DNA of 63,336 nt, the filler included, from Octopus bimaculoides (Eukaryota): the NCBI RefSeq assembly GCF_001194135.2. It is 10 parts of 10 records of this genome, joined end to end, with 100 filler letters (N's around TTAATTAATTAA, not from the genome) between each part and the next. Parts side by side here need not be neighbours in the genome. Positions count along the whole stretch, not along the records: positions 53,506 to 57,791 come from NC_068992.1; positions 57,892 to 62,160 come from NC_068985.1; positions 62,261 to 63,336 come from NW_026311683.1; 7 more parts are not named here. The stretch is one strand, 5' to 3'. Position 1 is the first letter of the stretch. Each line of letters starts with the position of its first letter. Positions 53,406 through 63,336 of this stretch are shown one piece after another. Position numbers and translations under genes: made by a program. The notes under the pieces are model-generated. The model had not been told where the DNA came from. It did not search any database and was given only the letters and a program-made list of their open reading frames with translations.

Positions 53406-53734
53406 NNNNNNNNNNNNNNNNNNNNNNNNNNNNNNNNNNNNNNNNNNNNTTAATTAATTAANNNNNNNNNNNNNNNNNNNNNNNNNNNNNNNNNNNNNNN
53501 NNNNNTCCTAACCCATGAGCAAAAAGGGGTTAGATGATGGCGGTGGTGTTTTCAAAGGGATGGCATGTGTAACCTGATCACCTCTGCCGATCAAACTCTC
53601 AACCCATGCACTCCAGTTGCAACACTGATTCTGCCCAAATTTGACGTCATGTTACTTAGTTTGGTTTGAAATAAAGAACTTGATTAGCTTAATAATCCCA
53701 ACTTAATCCCGGGCAAAGCCGGGCATACTGCTAG

Positions 53735-53777
<43 letters not shown>

Positions 53778-55243
53778 CTGTGTTTGTCCCTCCAGCATCG
53801 CTTGACAACCGATGATGGTGTATTTACGCGCCCGTAACTTAGCGGTTCGGCAACAGTGAACGATAGAATAAGTACTAAGCTTACAAAGAATATATCCTGG
53901 GGTTTATTTGCTCGACTAAAAGGCGGTGCTCCAGCATGGCCGCAGTCAAATGACTGAAGCAAATAAACGAATAAAAGAAAAAAAAAGAAGAAAAAAAATT
54001 AATTAGTTAAAGAAATTCAAACTGGCCACCGAGAGAGCAAAGGGTGACGGCAGAAGAGGTTGATTGGTTTCGAAGTTCTGATTCTAAATCCAGTTTGGGT
54101 CGGGTTTGATTTTTCGTTTTCTGGGTAACGAACTTATTGCAGTATCGAGTTCAGCGATTCGATATAAATCTCTCTCCTATGATCCTCTGTTGTTTTTGCT
54201 TATTGTTGTTCTGTTCTGTTGATTAATCCGTCGATAGGTGGGGCCAGTAACACACCAGTTTTGTTTTCGTGGGGAGACGTTCGTTTTGTTGGCAATCCCC
54301 TTGTTCTACCGTCCCTTTATTCCGGTGAAAGAGATGCCCTGGGTGATCCTTCCGCGACCCTTCTTACGGTGCAACATTCTCGACAGAAAACCTCTTTTCC
54401 AGACCTCAGAGGAATAAGAATCAAAATAGACCTCGGTGAGTTTTAAACTCAGAGCGTAGAGACCAGGGACACACACCAGAGGGTGCTTTATCTGACACTT
54501 TATCTGACACAACTGGGCCACCATGCAGGAAATTGTAGCCTAATCTCCCTCAAATCATACAATGCCGTTTTAAGAATGTAAAGAACACTCTAAATAATGC
54601 AAAACGAGATGGTCACGACTAGAACGATTCTGGTGATAGACCAGCTTGACTGTGATAAGTGTAGAATTACAGCAGCAGCAGTGGTAGCAACAACAGCAGC
54701 AACAGCAGCAGCAGCAGCACCACCACCACCACTACCACTACGAATACTAAACGATACTTGGTTAATACAACTTGGGAACGGTCAATCGATATCGGTTTCT
54801 CAATTTCATTCCCCTTCTGCATCCTTGTAATCTTTTTTTAACTGAATATAAAATTTATAAAATACTTAGAAATGTTCTATCATAAAAGATAAATTAATTA
54901 TTTAAATTAAATAAAGTTAAATAAATTTTCAAAGATGCAACATTTTCCAACTTCCATTTTCGAAGTAAAAACTTATAAGGTGTTGCAAGGGAAGTAACTT
55001 CCTTATCAACACTGTTATAGTTACTTCCCTTGGTACCAGAATTTATCTTTCTCCCGTCTTACGATTTTTGAAATGGATTCAGACAAATAAGTGACAATTA
55101 ACAGCGACGTTGGAGCATTCATGCTTTGCTTAATCAGTTATGAAACTGATTAAATAAAATTGACCAGTTTGTTAATTTAATATCTGTATGTTCAATAATT
55201 TTGTCAACAGTTTTTATCTATGCATGCTAATAACATGCTGTAT

Positions 55244-55290
<47 letters not shown>

Positions 55291-55361
55291 ATCAACGGCA
55301 GCTTTCGTCCTATTTTCCGGGACTGCCANNNNNNNNNNTTGTATGTATGTGTGTATGTGTA

Positions 55362-55414
<53 letters not shown>

Positions 55415-56239
55415 GTATATATGTGTATGTATATGTGTATACATATATGTATGTATGTTTGTGTGTGTATGTATATATGGATAAGTATATGTGTGTGTGT
55501 TTGTGTGTCTGTGTTTGTCCCCCTAACTCAGCGGTTCGGCAAAAGAGACCAATAGGATTCCAAAGAATAAGTCCTGCGGTCGATTTGCTCGACTAAAGGC
55601 GGTGCTATAGCATGGCCGCAGTCAAATGACTGAAACAAGTAAACGATTAAAGAGTATATATATGTATATATATATATGTGTATATGTATACGACGGGCTT
55701 CTTTTAGTTTCCGTCTACCAAATCCGTTCACAAGGCTTTGGTCTGCCCGAGATTATAGTAGACGATACTTGCCCAAGAGGGACTGAACCCGGAACAATGG
55801 TGTTAGGAAACAAGCTTCGTATAGTGGTCGAGTATTCCGGACGCACATGTAGGTAGGCTTAACATAATTCTCAGCCAGAATCAACGGGACATCACAAAGC
55901 GTATGGTTAAGCTGGGCCTTTTGAATTACAGATAAATTACTTCGATGGGCTTCCACCTAGTTTCCTTCTCTTCAATTTCATTCGCAAGTTTTGGAGTAAA
56001 ACTGGATCAAATGTAACTGTGATGAACACACTTGCTCAGGATGTGAAGTACGGAGATCAAACAATTATTGATGATTGCAATGTGAGCCTTTTAACTGACA
56101 GTTTCACCCCGAGCATCGCTTTTGTAGGTCACATTTGGCTCGTATAGGTTTGAGTACCCGGGGTGGATGAGGCAAACTGAAAAGCTGCCCCAAGTGGCAC
56201 ACTCTCAAGCGACACCACTACAGTCAGCTGGTGGTTGTA

Positions 56240-56590
56240 AGTCGACCTCGGTGGAATTTGCATTCAAAACGTATAATTCCAATTTTAGAATATGTACCGC
56301 CGTAAGACAGACAAAATACCGCTAAGCATTTCGCCCGTCGTGCTAACGTTTCTTATTTCTTTATTGCCCACAAGGGGCTAAACATAGAGGAGACAAACAA
56401 GGCCAGACAAAGGGATTAAGTCGATTATATCGACCCCAGTGCATAACTGGTACTTAATTTATCGACCCCGAAAGGTATGAAAGGCAAAGTCAACCTCGGC
56501 GGAATTTGAACTCAGAACGTAACGGCAGACGAAATACAGCTGAGCATTTCGCCCTGCACGCTAACGTTTCTGCCAGCTCGCCGCCTTTGC
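56240..56590 (-). mobile_element. SINE family B, full copy nested in or adjacent to a second partial copy
   Basis: Reverse complement of 3975-4190 at 56340-56590. The head is repeated at 56240-56350. Confidence 0.8.
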
Positions 56591-56809
56591 AACTTTTCAT
56601 TCTTTCTTCCCTCTTACTCGCTTTCTCTTACAGACCACCACCTCTCTCTCTCTCTCTCTCNNNNNNNNNNNNNNNNNNNNNNNNNNNNNNNNNNNNNNNN
56701 NNNNNNNNNNNNNNNNNNNNNNNNNNNNNNNNNNNNNNNNNNNNNNNNNNCATACACATACGTACACAGACGAATGAATACATGCAATCTTTCTTTATGT
56801 CTGTCTGTT

Positions 56810-56859
<50 letters not shown>

Positions 56860-57077
56860 TCTCACTAACACACTCACGTACACACAATTTCACTCTCACA
56901 CACACATGCATAAAACATGTCTGTCTGTCTCCCCCCCCATTACCCAACCTTTCACCCCTCTCTGTTCCATTTCCCTCTGTCTCCCTCACCATCTCTTTCT
57001 CTGTATCTCTGTCTCTATTTCTGCCTGTCTGTCTGCCTGTCTGTCTGCCTGTCTGTCGGTCTGTCTGTCTCTCTCCC

Positions 57078-57124
<47 letters not shown>

Positions 57125-57756
57125 AACTTTTAAATTCTTTTCGTCCAGTTGGCTACGAAATAAACTCATGTCGCCAAATAACAATCTGATACCTACCAAT
57201 ATCGAACTTGCTAGTGATCAATAACAATATTAATTCTTATCCCAATAGGGTGTTGCTGCTCCAAAAACGGTAAAATGCTGTATGAAATTATTTCCACTAA
57301 TTATTTATGTCTCTAGACAATCTGGGTTCAAATCCCAACGCGGCTTATTTTTTCTCTTTCATCCTTCCTCTTTGATAAAATATGAACGTTTGCAGGATAT
57401 AGGCACTGACATAGCTGTAGGGTTAAAGTGTTCGTTTGACAACCACACAGTTCCAAGTTCGATCTCAGTGCACAGCATCTTGAGAATATATATATATGTA
57501 TACATATACATATATGTATGTGTGTGTGTATGTACACGTGGGGATGCCAGACGTTTCTGTCTTTGGGTAAAAGAAAATACGGGAGGATCACTTATGATTT
57601 TATTCAACATATCCTCCTCTCAGATTCATACACTTAATGCAGGGGTCCGTCAGTTTTTCCAAGCTCTGTAAAAAAACTCGAAAGGTTGAGCCTCCGACCA
57701 CGCCTTTCGCGACACCCTTAAAATCAGGAACTTTTCAGCAACCCCTCATGTGTATT

Positions 57757-57791
<35 letters not shown>

Positions 57792-59437
57792 NNNNNNNNN
57801 NNNNNNNNNNNNNNNNNNNNNNNNNNNNNNNNNNNTTAATTAATTAANNNNNNNNNNNNNNNNNNNNNNNNNNNNNNNNNNNNNNNNNNNNATATATATA
57901 TATATATAATGAGAGAGACATTCAGAAAAGATGTTTTACATATGATACTTGGATGTGAAAAATAATATACAATTAAAGAAATATTAAATTAAAAATCGAC
58001 TGAAATTTCTGTGTAACATACTTCAAGTCAAAGTAGGATAATTTATTTTAGTTAACAGAAACATTAAACTGAACTATTCCACTCAATACATTGTTGTTTA
58101 AATATAGTTTAGATGGTGAAGTTGGCATTGAGTTCTGTGGTATTTTCCTGTGGAATTGTCAAATAGCGGTCAATGTTACTGTTTTCGACTACAGAATTTC
58201 TATTTTAGTAAAACACCTGGGATGGGATCATCACCATCATCATTCCCATCATTATTGTCGTCATCGTCGTTGTTTTAACGTCCACATTTCAAGATTTGCA
58301 TGGGTTAGACAGAGTTTATTGGAGCAGGTGTTCTACAGCCAGAAGTCCTTGTCATCAGCCCTCACTTGCTTTTAGGAAAAGTAATATTTTTCCATGGTGA
58401 GACAAGCTTTTGCAGAATATTGGAAATGCTCGTATGATACTCATTTACAACATATACATACATACATACACATATCCATACATATACACATACACATACA
58501 TATATATGTGATTTGGCTATCTCTGTTGACATCAGTTTCCCCTGGCCAAAACTTCATTCACTTTGATGAGTGGAAAAGAAGCATCGTCTAGGTGCAATCA
58601 ATAAAAAACACACGCACACACAAACACACACATACATACATACATGCATACATACATACATACATACATAAATACATACATTTATACATGCATGCAAGCA
58701 TGCATACATACATACATACATACATACATGCATACATACATACATACATACATACATACATACATACATGATAGATCGNNNNNNNNNNNNNNNNNNNNNN
58801 NNNNNNNNNNNNNNNNNNNNNNNNNNNNNNNNNNNNNNNNNNNNNNNNNNNNNNNNNNNNNNNNNNNNNNNNNNNNNNNNNNNNNNNNNNNNNNNNNNNN
58901 NNNNNNNNNNNNNNNNNNNNNNNNNNNNNNNNNNNNNNNNNNNNNNNNNNNNNNNNNNNNNNNNNNNNNNNNNNNNNNNNNNNNNNNNNNNNNNNNNNNN
59001 NNNNNNNNNNNNNNNNNNNNNNNNNNNNNNNNNNNNNNNNNNNNNNNNNNNNNNNNNNNNNNNNNNNNNNNNNNNNNNNNNNNNNNNNNNNNNNNNNNNN
59101 NNNATATACACACACATTTATTATCAAGGGTACAAAATAGTACCAGCCTTGCTAAAAATAGGAGTTGAAAAATATTCAAATAAGCCACGATATCACTAAA
59201 AAGTTAAGCTGAAGAAATCGAGGAGCGAGTAGAAAATCCAATATACCATTGCGGGGGGAGGACGTAAATGAGTTTACAGATATACCCATATCACGTGATT
59301 TCAAACTCTGAGATATTAGCTTTAGTTCTCATCAGTGGATCTTACTGCCTGGGGCTAAACTGATACCCGGTTCGTAATGTTTGTTACAATAGCATACACA
59401 CAACAATCATACACACACACACACACACACACACATG

Positions 59438-59527
<90 letters not shown>

Positions 59528-59724
59528 CATACGACGAGTTTCTTTCAGTTTCGGTGTACCAGATCCCCCCACAAGGCTTTCATCAGCCCAGAGCTCTTGT
59601 AGAAGACACTTGCCTAAGGTGCCATACTATGAGACTGAACCCAGAACCATGTGATTAGGAAGGAAACTTAACCACGTGGCCACGATATCACAATAATAAA
59701 TCCTAATTGCTTATATCTTTACAG

Positions 59725-59847
59725 GTGACTGGAGTTATGACCCAAGGACGTGGTGACGGAGTTGAATGGGTGACATCATTTCTTGTTTCCTACAGTATGG
59801 ATTCTTTCGATTGGAATTATGTACACGACAGTTACAATAACCAAAAG
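59725..59847 (+). CDS. F5/8 type C (discoidin) domain protein, exon 1 of 3 seen
   Basis: atctttacag|..|gtttgt, 123 bp, phase 0-0: VTGVMTQGRGDGVEWVTSFLVSYSMDSFDWNYVHDSYNNQK (TQGR and WVTSF.VSYS are hallmark motifs). Confidence 0.92.
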
Positions 59848-60970
59848 GTTTGTATATCACCTTTCCAAGTCAGAAATTTTGTATGTTATAGGACTTTTAA
59901 GAGACAGAAGTTCATTTAACACAAATGTATCTGTTATTTTATAGAATGTAATTTAACGTAGTGTACATTATGTACTAAACAAATGGATGTATACAATGTC
60001 TTAAACAAGTGAATGTAAACAGTATGTGTTAAACAAATAGAGATGTACACAATGTTTTAATCAAATATACATTAAACGCTTGTATATTAATTTTCAGAAT
60101 TTGTCTCAGTTATATCACGTTTATATAAATGAACTCTACTAAGATAATACTTCTCGAATAGGATATACAATTAATTATTTATATTAATTAATCAGTACAG
60201 ATGTTGAAGGTAGGAATCTTCACGAAGAAAGAAAGCAAAAAACTACTGTAAACAAAATCATTTAAATCCTAAACTAAAAGTAATTTAATGTTTAGTATAT
60301 CTTTATTGACATAGAGACCCTTACAAGACCCTTCTGGTTTCCTTCTCTTTAGAAATCATATCAATTCTTTTCCTTAGAGAGGAAACAAACAATTATATGT
60401 CCATCTAATTTGCTTCACTTTTTAAAAAGAATTAACTAATAACATTAGAGGTAGACATAAGCATGTGTTTAACAGGTTCGCTTCGACATCAGGTGGTTAC
60501 ATGTTTCATCCTATAATGGGTCACTTCTACGACAGGCACGGGTTAATTCAGCCCCAATGAATGAAACTGGGGAGAGGGTAATTGAAAGTTTGTAGAGTGA
60601 ACTGAACTGAACGGAAGGTTATACAATGGATTGTGATCGATTTAATTCGTCGTTCTCTTTGACACTATCGCCTGATGTTCGATATGTTGTAGTCTTCTCC
60701 TTTTGAGAATACCCCAATATCTTAAGGATACCCCAATATACCCTAAAAGTTGCGTTTTGATCCCCACCTTTGTCCATCCCAAACTTTCTATCCCTGGCTA
60801 AGTAATAAAAAAGACTAAGCGACCAGATTTGATTTAAAATATATAATTCAAAACATTTTATCAGTAACAAATACGAAATTGTCTTGAATATTTCAATAAA
60901 AACATAATTAAAATGAATATTTCAAGTTTGAGTACGAAAACTTATGATCTCTTTGATATCTTGCGTTTAG

Positions 60971-61109
60971 GTGTTTGAAGGCAACATTGATTCTTATTCT
61001 GTAAGACATTCATATTTTGATCATCCTATTTTGGCACGTTACATTAAATTCCACACAGTCAGCTGGAACAAACATCCAAGTATGCGTGTCGAGATACTGG
61101 GATGTCAAT
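60971..61109 (+). CDS. F5/8 type C domain protein, exon 2 of 3 seen
   Basis: ttgcgtttag|..|gtaagt, 139 bp, phase 0-1: VFEGNIDSYSVRHSYFDHPILARYIKFHTVSWNKHPSMRVEILGCQ (F.GN.D, ARYI, MRVE.LGC). Confidence 0.93.
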
Positions 61110-61848
61110 GTAAGTATAATCTGTTTTGTAACATTTGAAACTGAAATCCCGATTAATTCATTGCATTTTAAATATATGAAATATTTATAGTTTTCATCAG
61201 TTCTTCTATAAAGGGTGTTTTTAATTCTCTGATGAGTGACGAACAAATCGTGAAATATGTCAGAATATTTTTCTCTGTGCAAAGAGAATAACAAAGAGAA
61301 TATTTACATCTCTTTAAAGTTTTTCAGCTTTAGGAAGGAATTTAGTTTGGCTACTTTAATACAGTACTTTAAGACTTTAAAACACTATCCTTGAAAATGC
61401 TGACGGGATGATAACGTTTGGAATGTTTTTCATTATATGTCTACTCAATCAAAGCAGAACAAAGAAGCAAGAATAAAAATGTGTTGTGAAATCAGGCCAA
61501 AATATTATATTCCACTTCTTTGTTTAACTAGTATCTTTTTTTTATATTGATCTTGCTGCTGATATCTTCAGATTCCAATATATGACTTACTGAGACTTTT
61601 ACTAGAATCTTTTGAATTTTCCAACAATTTTTTTTGTCTCATTTAATTATTCATAAGCTTGAGATACTAAAAGCTTTCTAAAATACGTTCTTCAACGATA
61701 AAAATGATACTGAGACCAACAAAATACGTCCAGTTTTTGAGTATAGTAAAAATGAAGCAGATTTTAACAAAGTAAATAAAAATATTTTGAAATAGTTAAA
61801 GTCATAAGAAATAATTAATTGCTTTTGCTGTTTTCTCCAACATTTCAG

Positions 61849-61989
61849 TATGCAAAGAGCCGATTGGTCTACCCCCTTACGGTAAAATGACTGCTTCATC
61901 AAATCTGTCGTTCCGAAGAAAAAGTTCTTGCCAACCTGAAGATGGAAACATTCTCAGCAACAAAGCTTGGTGTTCCAAGAAACAAGACA
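61849..61989 (+). CDS. F5/8 type C domain protein, exon 3 of 3 seen (start of next discoidin domain)
   Basis: ccaacatttcag|..|gtaagt, 141 bp, phase 1-1: (L)CKEPIGLPPYGKMTASSNLSFRRKSSCQPEDGNILSNKAWCSKKQD (C..P.G, TASS, AWC). Confidence 0.9.
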
Positions 61990-62260
61990 GTAAGTTCCTG
62001 TATTCTGTGATTGAGTTATTAAATATTAGATTGTCAGCAAGATTTTCCAATGGAAAGCAAATAAACCAGTCAGAGGGAACCAACATGTTGGCGCTCAGCG
62101 TGATGAAATAGCAGCTAATTCTCCCTCAAATCACACACACACACACATACACACATATATNNNNNNNNNNNNNNNNNNNNNNNNNNNNNNNNNNNNNNNN
62201 NNNNTTAATTAATTAANNNNNNNNNNNNNNNNNNNNNNNNNNNNNNNNNNNNNNNNNNNN

Positions 62261-62310
<50 letters not shown>

Positions 62311-62314
<4 letters not shown>

Positions 62315-62621
62315 TACAAAGACCTGGAAATAGAGATAACTCGAATGTGGAATCTAAAACAGAAACAATTCCTATCATAGTAGTTGCCTTAGGTATAATA
62401 AAAAAAATATTCAGACAAATACATAACAAAAACACCAGGACTTACAAATATATATAACATACAGAAAATTGCACTATTGGGTACTGCACACATCCTACGC
62501 AAAACACTTTCAATACAGTAACCATAAGAGCACCACAGCAAACCACAGCACATACCCAAGGCGCACAGAGCTGCGCTCGGTAGTGAAGTGAAAGCACACA
62601 ATAAAAATAAGACTACTGAAC
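62311..62621 (+). mobile_element. R4/Dong-clade 3' end embedded in (AAT)n
   Basis: KYKDLEIEITRMWNL..IQKIALLGTAHILRKTLSIQ* plus 3' UTR. (AAT)n at 62261-62310 and 62622-62637. Near-identical to 23634-23878. Confidence 0.85.
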
Positions 62622-62679
62622 AATAATAATAATAATAAGAAGAAGAAGAATGATAATAATAGGAAGAAGAAGATGAAGA

Positions 62680-62730
<51 letters not shown>

Positions 62731-62863
62731 GTTATTTCAAATTTTTGCCGCAAGGGCAGCTTGGAGGAGGTGGGGATGAGTCGATTACATTGACTCAGTG
62801 TTCAATTGGTACTTATTTTGATCGACCGCCGAAAGGATGAAAGGCAAAGTCGACCTCTGCGGC

Positions 62864-62952
<89 letters not shown>

Positions 62953-63303
62953 TCAGATCACAAGGGAAGGGAAATAAGCTGTAGTGGGAAGAGAATGGTG
63001 GGAACAACATTTGGTGAGTTCGGGATTTGGGCCCCACATAATAAAAGACTCTAAGAGTATCCTGTTCGTTTCAATTCCTGCCATGGGCCCACAGCCGAAT
63101 ACATCGATAACAAATGAAGGAGACAAAGACAGTAACAACAACAAGAACAGAGAAAAGAAGGCATATTAAAAGCCTAATAGGAAAGCTTCATAGAAAATTA
63201 AGAAATATTTGGAATATTTCACAGCGTTTTAGGGTTTTCGGTTTTCAGTTGACACATTTATAGAAATATGCTTTGCCCTAGTTTCTTTAAACATGAACGG
63301 CCA

Positions 63304-63336
<33 letters not shown>

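Noticed and set aside
54984-55034. Short inverted repeat caagggaagtaac / gttacttcccttg
   Set aside because: Only 13-bp arms, no TSD and a single copy here. Too weak to call.
61225-61262. Hammerhead-like CTGATGA...GAAA
   Set aside because: Stem II pairs poorly and I could not find stems I and III.
37391-61989. AASDH and discoidin gene as a biosynthetic or functional cluster
   Set aside because: They are separated by three artificial spacers, so physical linkage is unsupported.

Overview
AT-rich eukaryotic (animal) genomic DNA, most likely octopus. That taxon call is inferred from the tRNA-headed SINE families, the RTE/CR1 LINE content and the density of (CA)n/(TA)n/(AAT)n microsatellites. 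The window is not one locus: nine identical 100-bp spacers (44 N + TTAATTAATTAA + 44 N) join ten separate sequence pieces, so neighbourhood across those joins carries no biological meaning. Real coding sequence is limited to three items. (1) One 638-bp exon of an AASDH/ACSF4-type NRPS-like enzyme, covering the carrier domain with GGDS and the start of the PQQ-type propeller (37391-38028, +). (2) Three phase-compatible exons of a tandem F5/8 type C (discoidin) domain protein (59725-61989, +). (3) Two phase-compatible minus-strand exons of an unidentified protein (8718-8823 and 266-422). The rest is transposon debris: RTE, CR1, R4/Dong, L2-like and Penelope fragments, a solo LTR nested in a CR1, several MITE types, and four or more SINE families. 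Almost all entries in the supplied ORF track are microsatellite or N-run artefacts. No CRISPR, rRNA or convincing true tRNA gene was seen. I did not find a demonstrably new biological system. The best leads are (AAT)n-targeted insertions, a modular hairpin array in the RTE 3' UTR, a shared CR1/SINE tail, and the unidentified minus-strand gene.
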